In this document: in pieces, positions 22,606 through 33,879 of the stretch | Position numbering within the stretch: position 1 is the stretch's first letter | How the letters are laid out: each line of letters begins with the position of its first letter | Source of the DNA: Basidiobolus heterosporus B8920 | Lineage: Eukaryota | Assembly (NCBI GenBank): GCA_000697455.1 | Contig: JNET01026143.1 | Coordinates: 1 to 36,238, forward strand | Direction of reading: 5' to 3' | DNA length: 36,238 nt | Position numbers and translations under genes: made by a program | The notes under the pieces: model-generated | What the model was told of the DNA's origin: nothing | The model's input: only the letters and a program-made list of their open reading frames with translations | The model's database searches: none

Positions 22606-23203
22606 AAATTAGTGTTTCCAAAGGCCAGCAGGAATGTTAGTAAGAAGTCACTCAGTATAGCACATTATCTCTCAAGAAAGAGTTCGGTTGGATGACGAAA
22701 GGAAGTCGAAAAGAAAATCATGGATGCCCAGAGTGTGAAGTTATATATATTCGTTTGAAGTGGGACAAAGTGAGTTCCAACCTTGAGAAATCTGGGGATC
22801 GATGCACAGAGAGTTCGGTTACTGATTGGGCTCTTCAGCGACTGTAGATAGATTTTCACAAGGAGATACATCCCATGTTTACTGCCTTACATGACCTCCT
22901 CCTGCTACAATAGAAATCTCCGATTTATGAGGCTTATGCAGATTTACTACTTCTTTCCGAACGTTGAATGTCCCATGCGTATGCATGCCCATTCTGTTGA
23001 CCAAGTTCCTATTCATCCGATAAACAAAGTGATTTATTGATTTAAAATTAAGCAACTTTTATGCAAATCAAAATTCATTTCATTATTTTCAGTACTAGTG
23101 AGGATTACGTATTCCGTGTAGAAGTGATCAAGGAGAGTAGAAAAGTTAGTTAACGGAATTCTCCTAGTTATCGCAAAGAACGAGGGACTTGTTGACATAC
23201 AGC

Positions 23204-24311
23204 ATGGTACTTGCCTACTTATTTTCAGTGTGTGTGTGTGTGTTAGACGAAGGAATAATGCTGAATCTTTGTTTAGTTTAGAAACCAATACGATAACGAT
23301 ATCTCTACTTGGAGTCCACAAGGACGTATCCATCAAGTGGAATATGCCTTAGAAGCAGTAAAACAAGGTTCCGCTGCAGTTGGTTTACGCTCAAATACTC
23401 ATGCAGTCCTGGTTGGCTTGAAAGTAAGTACTGATAAGAACTTTTACCTGTCTAGATCAAGTGAAACTCAATACATTTCACTCTTCAGAGGACTCCCGGT
23501 GAACTTGCTTCTTACCAAAAGAAATTGTATCGTGTCGACGATCATATGGGTATTGCCATCGCCGGTTTAACCTCAGATGCTCGTGTTTTAAGGTATCTAT
23601 CCAATGGCCATCCCAATTCTAAACATTCACCTCTTTATTATTCTTCCCCTCTCATGGAAACATGAAACCAACTAAACCGTTCTTAGTAATTTCATGAGAG
23701 CCGAGGCCATGAAATCCAAGATGCTTTACAACAGACCTCTTCCTATTCTTCGTATTGTTTCAGCGATTGCTGACAGTAAGTGAATCATATCTCTGTATAT
23801 GGTCTAGTAACGAGTGGACTCATTCAACTTGGCGTATTTTAGAGGCTCAAGTCAATACTCAAAACTACGGAAACAGACCCTATGGTGTTGGATTACTTGT
23901 GATTGGCCACGATGTTCGTCTCTCATCTTATCTCTCGTGTTTATTACCTCAATTAACGTCATTTAAACGTAGGAAACGGGACCACATCTCTTTGAGTGCA
24001 CTCCAGCTGGTACCAGCTTCGAGTATTTCGCCATGTCCATCGGCTCCCGATCCCAATCAGCCAAGACCTACCTGGAAAGACAATACGAGAACTTCCCGGA
24101 GTGTTCATTGAATGAGTTGATTCGACATGGCATCCGTGCATTGAATGAAACTTTACAACAAGACAAGGAACTCACCATTGAGAACTGTACCCTGGCATAC
24201 GTCGGTAAAGATACACCTTTCCAAATCCTCGAAGGCCCCGAGTTGGAACAATACTTTGATGTGTTGAACAACGATACCTCAGCCGCAACTGCCCCCATGG
24301 AAACCGAGTAA
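23204..24311 (+). CDS. PRE5: 20S proteasome subunit alpha-6 (PSMA1 type), 6 exons; first coding exon is only ATG
   Basis: ATG|gtactt...tttag|TTT AGA AAC gives [33 protein letters not shown]. Also [20 protein letters not shown] and [14 protein letters not shown]. Confidence 0.95.
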
Positions 24312-24649
24312 ATCCCATCCCCATCTTTCAGTCACTCTCTTTGTAATTACCCAAGCAATCATTGCTCTAATTAAAATGTCGGTTCACTTGGTAATAGCAC
24401 ATCATAGTAACAGTCATCAACAAACGTCCATAACATCGGTGCAGAGTTTATTAGCTCAGCTAAGAAACAAAAAAAGTACAGGGGTTTAAAGATGATTTCA
24501 AGGGATTTTTTGAAATATAGTACATACTGTCGGGTAAAGAAATATTAATAAAAGTGAGTGAAGCTTAACAATTCAAACTAAATAGAATACATCGAAGCTA
24601 CCAAGAAACTACCAAAATCTTATGAGATGGAAGGTTAGGTGGAATATTA

Positions 24650-24682
24650 GAGGGTGAGGGTGAGGGTGATGGTGATGGTGAG
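24650..24682 (+). repeat. (GGGTGA/GGTGAT)n hexamer microsatellite
   Basis: gagggtgagggtgagggtgatggtgatggtgag read directly. Confidence 0.85.
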
Positions 24683-24747
24683 CGTTGAGGTCAGGATGGA
24701 AAAGGAAGAGGAAGAGCCAGAGCAAAGATGAAGCTAAGGGTGACTAC

Positions 24748-25641
24748 TTAGTTCTCTTCTTGAATGGTTCCAGGAAACTGAAAATCGGTGTTTGGAGTTG
24801 GATGAAGTATCATCTCCGAACTGGATTCCAGCTCAGATATCGTAGGTATAGGTGGCTGTCTATGCGCAAACAAACTCATTCGTCTAGCAAGAGCCGCACG
24901 CTCCCGCTCTCGTCCATGCTCAACATCGATAGGAATGGACCTTCGTCGAACCGCAAAATTAGGGAATGGATGTGGTCCGTGAGCTGACAATACAGAAGGA
25001 ACCGGTCCACTGGAATTTCGAGACAAAGGTGCTCGTGATGGATGGTTATGATTCATTCTGGCCATAGCTGCTTGTCTTTGTAGCAATGCTGTAAGATGTC
25101 GTGTATTGTCTCGTGAGAGTCGCCGCTCCAACTGAGGGCGAGTGGTTGGTATATGTGAGCTACTACCAAGGTTCTCGGGAATCCCTGGGGAACGAGGGCT
25201 CGACAAAGCTCCACCTATTTCATGGCGCGCAGGCGGTAGTACTTGAAATATCGAGTTCACGTTAGGATGGTGACGATGTAGTTCCGAAGGATTATTATGA
25301 AAACGCTTTTTGCGGTGCCGCTGTGTGGTATCCTACAGAAGCTACTCTTTAGTCATTCTATCAATAGAAAATTGGGTTGTTCAAAAGGGTCAAACCTTCA
25401 CCAAAAACTCAAACAAACGGCGAATGAACTGGTCGTTTTCATCAAAGGATTCTACAAAACTTTGATAACTTAACGGCGGTTCAACCTGTAATAATAAAGT
25501 CAGACGAAAGTTTTCTCAACCTGTCAAAGCTTCCTTTCAACGTACGTTGTCTTTCTCACTCTTCTCCGAGATTTCGTTAAATAGCTTTTTCATCTTCCTA
25601 AGCAGCTCATCATCATACGATTTTTCAGCCCATTTTCCCAT
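24748..25641 (-). CDS. Hypothetical protein, 256 aa, 3 exons (25641-25546, 25485-25396, 25332-24748); helical N-terminus and disordered R/S/P-rich tail
   Basis: MGKWAEKSYDDELLRKMKKLFNEISEKSEKDN|VEPPLSYQSFVESFDENDQFIRRLFEFLVK|DTTQRHRKKRF... Two phase-0 GT-AG introns join it to the 170-aa ORF. No family recognised. Confidence 0.7.
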
Positions 25642-26005
25642 TTCCACGTTAGTTAAGGTCTGTATAAGGTTTGGGTGTATGAATGGTGAAGGTGGACGTT
25701 AACAATAATAATAGTAATAGAGACGGGTAATACTTAATAGTGGGTGTTGGATAGTATTCTTCTAGAGAAAAAAAAGTCATTTGACTCCATGCAAAAAAAG
25801 ACCACAATTTCCTTAGTTTGATCGCATCCACCATCACACCCACCATCACATTCACAATCACATTGCAACAACGTGACTGGCTCTATCTGGTGATTGGGGT
25901 ATCTCGACTATTTATTTGATATGATTGATATTAAACCTACAATAAGCACATATATTTAAATCAATATGGAAGACATGTACAATGCAAATGATGTGGGTCA
26001 GGGAG

Positions 26006-28648
26006 TCAACTGACGTAGATATCTACGACCATCGCTAACTCATTTGGCTTAGCTTCTTGATTAGAGCGGTTCTCAAATGCCATCTGAATATCCTCATCGG
26101 TGTTGATCAAAATCAAGTCATTCTCCTCGTCTTTGTATTTGATCCGCAGTTTGCTCTCTACCCTTGTTCCGGAGCACAGATGGATCTTCTTCTCCACTTT
26201 CTTCAGAAGGTCGCTGAACGTCACGTCCGAGGGCACCACAAGCATAAATGAATCTTCATGGTAGTTGATGCGTACCTTGATATTCATTGAATGGTTATGG
26301 ATGTTAGGCGATGATGCGCTTCTTCTTTGTCTGTAAGTTTGGTCGGGCAACAGGTAGGTTTTCTCTGGGCCGGAGTGCTCGTTTTCCAGCTGTAGCTTGC
26401 GGAATTGTTCTCCGAGAAACGCTTGGTCTTGCTCTTGAGAAGAGGGTACACTTAGATGGCCAGGATGTGGATTTGCATAGGAATGCTCTGACCTGGGCAA
26501 GGGAGGCATCGACATGGGTGGATAACCCACTCCGCCAGAGTGCAGATGCGCGGGATTTGACTGGCTTCGGCTCCTACTCAGCGTGCCAAAGGGACTTCTA
26601 GAAGAGGGGCGCTTGAAGGTGAGCAATAGATCATCATCATCGTTATCATCCTGTTGATCAACAAACGACACTGCATCATCGTCTGAGTTCCAATTGGCCT
26701 CATGCCCTTCAAGCTCCGATGTGCTTGACTGAGTACGAGTAATTCCTGGATGCCTGGGACTCGTCTGCTTGCTGAGCCTCGAGATCTTGTACGCTTCTCG
26801 GACTTTTTCGATGGTGGATATCCACAGCTTGAAATGCTCCTCATTAGCTGGACTAATGATCGTCTCGGAATTAAGCCAATCAATCTTGACTGAATAGGTA
26901 CCTGAGGGGATGAACTGCATGGTTATTGGATTGTTTATGGATTGTTTGGCATGTTCATAGTTAACCTACCGTTCCGGGCCGATGGTATCACTGCCCTTAT
27001 CTCTCTGATAAGCAGAGTGGCTTTGTTGTGCAGAGCGAGAGGCTTCTTCGAGTTCCCGTTCTTGTTTGCTTTCCGACTGGCTGCAGTCTCTTTACAAACC
27101 AAGAGAGCTTTGTCAAACAGGTAGAGCCAACACTCGCGTTCTACATCGTTTACCGTAACTGAAAGCTTGTCAAACATATGTAATTCACCAAAGTAGGACA
27201 ACGAGGGGCCATTCCAATTCTCAATGATTTTCTCCAGTTTCTTCAGTTCTATGAGGTTTTCTTCTTTACGCTGTGTCTCGTTAACTCGATCAGCCACTCG
27301 CTTGATGGCCACCAGGCCGTCGAGAAGTTCTTGGTAGTGTGGTTCGTCTGGTGACATAAGTTTCGATAATTGCTTGATGGGAGGCGTATTAATGGCCACA
27401 AGATCAATGGGGTTGGTTGGCGAATCAACTTACCGAAAGCAACAGCGGGTATTTGCACACGCGCTGGACTGGTTTGATGAGTAGCGATGGCAATCCATAG
27501 GTTGGTTCGACAATGTGTGCTAGTTTCTAGAGAATCGATGGCTTAGTTAGCAAGATGGAAGCAGTTTCAGTTGATTTTCACTAACCATCAGGTTGGGTGC
27601 TTCAGTCAACGCTATCTCGGATGCATGTGTGTAATTAGCGCAGAATGGCTCGTATGCAGTAAAGCCATTTTCCTATTAGGAGCTTAGTCACTTTGCAATG
27701 AATCCATGGGGTTCTTTGAAGTTGTTACCATTTGAATAAACAAGGCTCCAAATCTCTGCTCAGCCGGTGGCAGCTCAGCGTTTGCTTCAACACCAATCAA
27801 AAAACGTCTTTGAAAGTCAACAAGTCCGTTCAAATTGGCAAACAGGTTTCGCAGTATGTCATTCGAAACCACCTTTTGTTGCTGCAGTTCTTGCATGTAT
27901 TCCTGTAGAAATCATGCTAAGTTGTTTGTAGAGTTTGTTGAAAGCAAAGGGATGAGCTACCTGAAGTTTCTCTAAATCTTTGACATATTTCCGCTCAGTG
28001 ATAAGTAATTCTTTGACCGTTTGTTTGCGAAGACGTTCTTGTGCAGTGCTAGAGAGTGGGTCTGCGGACTGTATCCCATTGGGACCCGACAAGGACTCAT
28101 TTTGAGTATCGGCTTCCTCTTCCTCCTCAAGCAATCCCTTTTCTACCATCAGTTGTAAGAGTAATTCTACAGTATGAGATACCTAGCCCGGAGTTAGCCT
28201 TGGTTGATAGGTAGATGCAATTAGTCCGTCTTACCTTTAGGAATTTGTTTGTGTCGTCTTGATACAATTCAGTGATGGTAAACAGAGCGTCATCCTTCAA
28301 TCCTAGTTGGTTTTTACAAGCCAGCAAAAAATGATATACGTTATGCTTGCAAGCTTTGAGATTCTCTAAAGTGGCCTCTTCATCTACTTCTAGTAATATT
28401 TCTGGTTCTGTAGCATTAAATAGTGCGCACAGACTTGAGCCTAAGCGAAAGGTGTTCCACAAAGTAGTAACGGGATTTGTGCCAGAAGGGAAAGGACAAT
28501 ACGAATCGATGGCAGAGCATAACTCCTGCTGCGAATCTAGAAAACTCTTGAGTGAAGGGACTTTGCGTAAACGGCGTAAAAGCCTTTGACAGTCACCATA
28601 GAAAGTAGACCCATCCTCTGGTCTAGATATAGTGGTAGTGGTGGACAT
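26006..28648 (-). CDS. CDC24: Cdc24/Scd1 Cdc42 guanine-nucleotide exchange factor (CH, DH, PH, PB1), 7 exons
   Basis: CH: PVTTLWNTFRLGSSLCALFNA...FTITELYQDDTNKFLKV. DH: ELLITERKYVKDLE, LVDFQRRFLIG, LIKPVQRVCKYPLL. PH: FGELHMFD, YLFDKALLVCKE. PB1: IKVRINY...IKYKDEENDLILINTDEDI. Confidence 0.93.
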
Positions 28649-28987
28649 GGTGTGAATGTTCGTTGAGGGAGAGAAAAAATAATAACAATAATACAGGAGA
28701 GGTGGGAGGGCAAGGGCAAGGGTAAGGCGAAGGGCGAGAACGAGAACGAAGGCAGAGTAGTATAGTCAGCTGCCTACTACTGAAAGACACCAAACAGACT
28801 ATCTAAATATATTAGCAAGGCTTGCGGTAGAAGTTAAGTATATGCCATTCAACGTCCCACTCACTAAACAATATCCTAGCACAGTTTGGATAGCAAATAT
28901 CCATAATCTTAAAAAACCTACACTACCTTAGCAACCTGTGATTGGTTTAAGCCCCTCTCAGCAATCAGCAAATATCTGAGTATTATT

Positions 28988-29025
28988 AATAGAAATCAAT
29001 AGAAATCAATAGAAATCAAATCAAT
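28988..29025 (+). repeat. 10-bp tandem repeat AATAGAAATC x3
   Basis: aatagaaatc aatagaaatc aatagaaatc aaatcaat read directly. Confidence 0.85.
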
Positions 29026-29538
29026 ATCTAGTAATAACGATTAATTAACTGAAAAACTCCAATTCTGCTCTGGCTAATGGGATGGCTAATGGGATACATC
29101 AGTGGAATCGTCACATCCAAAGGTAGATACTGTCTCGAGCAACCACTAGAACTGAGGAAGCTACTTATTCTAAATCCCCGAGATTCCTTAGTCTCACCTG
29201 ACTACGTGTGTTGATTCCACATGACCCTCTTCCCTCTCTGCCCTCTCTTGTTATATCTCTGTGGATCCTAGGCAAGTAAAGAGGGCCTAAATAGTTAGGT
29301 TAGACTGTCTCATCCATGGTAACAGCACCGTAAATGGATCCAAAGACACTTGTGCTAGTAGAGTGAGTACCGAAAACGTTAGAATAGTAAGCATCATCTC
29401 TTCAACGCAACACATCCAATCAGTCCCATAAATCTTACATGTAATCAAATTTGTCAGATTAGCTATGCATTCGAGCGTCACTCATTGGCCAAGTGGAAAA
29501 GACAACAAATAAACCATCTCAGTTTTTTTTGTCGACAA

Positions 29539-29620
29539 AACAATTTAAGCAACATATTAATCGGAAAGAATAGTCAAAATACACGATTTAAGCAACATAC
29601 AATGGGAAAGAATCATCAAG
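29539..29620 (+). repeat. Imperfect ~44-bp direct repeat x2 in the CDC24/PUF divergent intergenic region
   Basis: atttaagcaacatattaatcggaaagaatagtcaa versus atttaagcaacatacaatgggaaagaatcatcaa. Confidence 0.75.
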
Positions 29621-30043
29621 GTAAATCTACACAATAATAATGAAATAGTCCACCATTGTAATAGCCCTGGTTAAAAAAAGAAACATGAAGAATTCCTAAG
29701 CAACAAAAATTTCCCCGTAATCTTCCCTCGGGGGACCAAATTTTCTAATTGAATTTGCTGAAACCTTCTATCCCACCAAGTTGGCTAGTCAACGTTTTTG
29801 CACTCACTGCTGACTTCAAACCAATTCCTATCTTGTTATAAACTCCTTGTGCATTCTTGTACCCTTGTACTTTAGTGGTGTAAATCTGTACAAATAATTC
29901 TGTCCATAGATCCTGCATCCTTGTAGACTCTACCCGGTAACGTACATCTATTTCTCCGAAGGTAGCCTACCCTCAGTGAAAACTTCAAAGAAGTCCCGAT
30001 AATTTCTATTTTATAAAATCGAGTGAAGGAAAAAAGCGTGAAA

Positions 30044-33000
30044 ATGTCTCGCTTCAATCCTGATGATTTGCCTGCTTCTAGTAAAGCTGGCATCTTCCAA
30101 CCTAAAGCCAAAAACCAACCTCAAGGACAGGTAAGACTTTGCTTCTACGGTTCAATAGTAGATTTGTTTAAAATACTTAGTATTGACGAACTTTTTCACA
30201 GCTCGCTGCTTTACTTCGTGGAAAATTTGACCTTGAGTATGATCCTTTCACTGGTCAAGCTAACGACATCAATCGCTCCAGTAGCGCCCCTCCCACTCAG
30301 TTACTTGATCGACTTGGAAGATTCAATGTAAGTGCTTCATCTAAGTTAATTTTCCTCCAACTAGTATACTAAGCGAGTCATCAGCCCAATCAAGATGGAG
30401 AGTATACTTCTGGTAACTCACGTTTAGATTCAGAGCAATCTTCTCAGTACTACAACCAATCCCGTGCTGAAGCTAGAATGCCTCCTGGTTACGGTTCCAA
30501 CAACCAATCCTGGCAAATGTGGGCAGGTGCTGGTCTCGACACTTTGGGAAATAGCTCAAATGGACCTTCTTCTCAAAAAGAGAAAGAATTAGAGCGGTTC
30601 AAGGGTTTCGGTATGTCTAAATAGAGGGTTTTTATCTATTTTGTTTGGTTGCTTACAATTCTTGTAATAGGAGGTGAGGATTTTTCCAACACCCATCCTC
30701 TTGATCAGGTTAGTGACTTTTCTTCATACTTTCCAATTGTACCTTTAATCTAACGAAGACTCTGAGTAGAGTTTGGAGCCTGAGCAAAGCAGAAATCTGA
30801 GAATGGCTGAAGCCAAAAACGACCCATGGGGTTCGAACGAAATTCAACAAATCTACGGCGGTGGTAGTGGTGGTAATGGTGGAAACAACTTGAGCAACAT
30901 AGATGCAGCCTCCCGTCGCAGAAATTTGGTTGATTTGATTCAAGATGTAAAGTTGATCGATGTTCCTTCGTTAGTGGCCTCTTTTATATTTACGCCTTAT
31001 TGTTATTTAGGATTTCCCTCGTACTCCTTCCCCAGTGATCGCCCTCCAACAACGACAGACTGGTGGCTCGTTTGATGGTGGCCGTGATGACGGAGATCTT
31101 CTTCAAGAAAACGATTACGATCGTCTTCGTCTGAGATCCGTTATGAATGTCGCATTGGATGGACTGGACGATCATTCAGCCGCTCCTCCTATGCGCGGTG
31201 TCAGAGCCCCTATGCCTCCCAGAGCCAATTCCACTCCACCTACTCAGCAATTCCAACGCCCACCAAAAATGGGCCCCAACAACGACCTCAATGATGCTAG
31301 TTTACTGATGGATATGCGAGGCATGAATCTGAACGATAACGACTACGAAAGCCTCCAGCACGCGCGTCTCTTGCAGCAAGCCAAGTTACAATCTCAGGGA
31401 TACAACTCTTATGCCAATGATTTCGGGGCCACCTCTGCCTCCATGTATTCTGGATATGGCGGGGATGCCTATGGCTGGGACCGAGAAGATCGTTTGGCTG
31501 GGAACGACTTGTACAGCCGCGCAGATGCCTTAGGAATTTCTCCATTGGAATATCGCCAGGCACTCCAGCAACTCCAGCAACAAGGGTTTTCTTTGGCTCG
31601 TGCTGAGCAAGTACTTGCTACCGAACTCGGAGCTTTGAAGCGAAACCAACTTTATGGCACCGGTGGAAACGGGATCAACAGCAACACTTATCTGAACAAC
31701 TCTAGTGGTGGAGGCTCTTCCAACTTTGCCGCCCCAACACTGCACAGATCCCACTCGTCTTACTCTCTCAACGAAAGAAAGCTCCGTAACCAATTGCTTT
31801 TGCAGCAACAACAACTCAACCAGCAGCAGATGTTGCTCCGTGAACAGCTCCTGCGTCAACATCATGGCCATGACCTTGTGGGTAACATCACACCCTATGG
31901 CGCATCCGCTAGCCAAGGAAGACGGTCAATGACCCCAGACCTGAACTTGTCTACGCTCGGAGTGGATCCAAACCACGGCATGAGAAGCCCGCTTCTGGAG
32001 GAGTTCCGTAACAACAAGAACAAGAAATACGAGCTCCGAGATATTGTGGGTAGCATGGTTGAGTTCAGCGGAGATCAACATGGGTCCCGCTTTATTCAAC
32101 AGAAGCTCGAAACGGCCAACAGTGAGGAGAAGCAGCTCGTGTTCGATGAAATCCTCCCCAACGCCCTCCAACTCATGACCGATGTCTTTGGAAACTACGT
32201 GATCCAGAAGTTCTTTGAGCATGGCAACCAAGTCCAAAAAACCATCCTCGCCAAGCAGATGGAGACCCATGTTCTGTCACTGTCCCTTCAAATGTATGGC
32301 TGCCGAGTCGTGCAAAAGGCCCTTGAGCATGTGTTGACCGAGCAACAGGCGGTGTTGGTCAAGGAATTGGATGGAAATGTTTTGAAATGCGTCAAAGATC
32401 AAAATGGCAATCATGTGATCCAGAAAGCTATTGAGCGCGTCCCTGCTGAACACATCCAATTCATCATCAACGCTTTCCATGGACAGGTGTACAACCTCGC
32501 CACTCATCCCTACGGCTGCCGTGTTATCCAGCGGATGTTTGAGCATTGCACCGATGACCAAACTAAGCCTTTACTTGACGAGCTCCATCGCTACACCCAG
32601 AACCTTGTCCAAGACCAGTACGGCAATTACGTCATCCAACATGTGCTCGAGAGAGGCAAGCCAGCAGATAGGTCGTTGGTGGTGAACAAGGTCCGTGGAC
32701 AGGTGCTGCAAATGAGCAAGCACAAGTTCGCTAGTAACGTTGTGGAGAAGTGCATTGCCCATGGCAGCAAGCGGGACAGACAAACACTCATTGACGAGGT
32801 CATCCAAACCAAGCCCGATGGCACCTCTGCGTTGATTGTCATGATGAAGGATCAATACGCTAACTACGTTGTACAGAAGATGCTCGATGTCGTGGATGGA
32901 GACCAAAGGGAGATTCTTATCGCTAAGATCAAGCCTCATCTGCAGTCCCTTAAAAAATACACTTACGGCAAGCATTTAATTTCAAGTAAGTAAACCCTAA

Positions 33001-33140
33001 CCCTAAGTACACTGAACTCGCAGCAAGCTGACCTATTCTTTCCAGCCATTACTGAGGTAGAGAAGCTCGTAGCTTCTTCAGGTGATGCCAGTCCTCGACC
33101 CGCTGAAGAGCCCGCCCAGGAAGAGCACCAGTCCCAATGA
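30044..33140 (+). CDS. PUF3: Pumilio/PUF RNA-binding protein (Puf3/Pumilio class), 7 exons
   Basis: Eight PUF repeats with recognition residues SR-Q, NY-Q, CR-Q, NH-Q, CR-Q, NY-Q, SN-E, NY-Q, the canonical Pumilio code (UGUANAUA). [12 protein letters not shown] precedes and KYTYGKHL follows the repeats. Q-rich N-terminal region. Confidence 0.93.
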
Positions 33141-33585
33141 TGGTTATTACCACCCAACTCCCATCCCACCCCCATCTCTTCCTCGTACATAATTTCAAAT
33201 CTTCCAATGTAGCCATTTCATGTGAATCCCCACTTTTTGAATGTAGGCTTACTAGGGTTTAAATTTAATCGATATTTTACTATTTCTCCCTTATTTCCCC
33301 TTTAGTTTACCCATCATATTGTCACTTCTTCCTATCTGAATTCCATGCTTCCCCCTCGAATTCTTGTATGTAAACGCCCCAAAATAAATCAGCATTTCAA
33401 GTTGTATGTGCAATATTCCTTTTGAAGTCTTAATCTTGCTTGTTGCACTTAATACTTCTACTATAATTAGTGAATAAAGTATATGATTAGGAGGTCAAGA
33501 GCTATTGTGGAACAACTTTAGATTAAAGAAGGCACTCCACAATAAGTATCCATAGGCCTAGCCCCCTAGATATGGAAAAGAGGAA

Positions 33586-33655
33586 GCATGTAGCTAGATT
33601 GGAACCACCAGCCTATTCTTGTATAATTGACTGCTCTACCATTGAACCATATGCC
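33586..33655 (-). pseudogene. Possible second, heavily decayed tRNA relic (isotype unresolved)
   Basis: Minus strand TGGTTCAATGGTAGAGCAGTCAA...GGTGGTTCCAATCTAGC has A-box-like and B-box-like motifs at tRNA spacing. The stems pair poorly. Confidence 0.35.
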
Positions 33656-33771
33656 AAAGAATGGCCAATACCTTTAGAAGCAACTTGCACTAAGGTATTT
33701 TCTACTTAAGGCACTCTATGCAATAAGTCTGTCTACTTCCAATGATTGATATGAAGAGAGTGCAAAAAGTG

Positions 33772-33836
33772 CACCCAATGTGGGGGTTGAACCCTCAACC
33801 TTGAGATTAAGAGCCTCACAATCAACTGATTGAGCT
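33772..33836 (-). pseudogene. tRNA-Lys(CTT) pseudogene, 5' acceptor strand lost, CpG-decayed
   Basis: Minus strand AGCTCAATCAGTTGATTGTGAGGCTCTTAATCTCAAGGTTGAGGGTTCAACCCCCACATTGGGTG. Anticodon arm TGAGG-CT-CTT-AA-TCTCA. A TTTTT Pol III terminator lies 3 nt downstream (33764-33768). Confidence 0.85.
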
Positions 33837-33879
33837 TTAATGTCCATTAATTCAATTATTCAAATACAGTGTATTGTAA

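Noticed and set aside
23593..23686. PRE5 intron starting GTATCT as a possible U12 GT-AG intron
   Set aside because: The donor is GTATCTAT, not GTATCCTT, and no CCTTAAC-type branch site lies near the 3' end.
32992..33006. AAACCCTAACCCTAA telomere-like motif in the last Pumilio intron
   Set aside because: Only two units; too short to call an interstitial telomere or telo-box with confidence.
31297..33190. Several minus-strand ORFs of 70-134 aa over the Pumilio exon
   Set aside because: Antisense shadows of a GC-richer, codon-biased exon, with no recognisable motifs.
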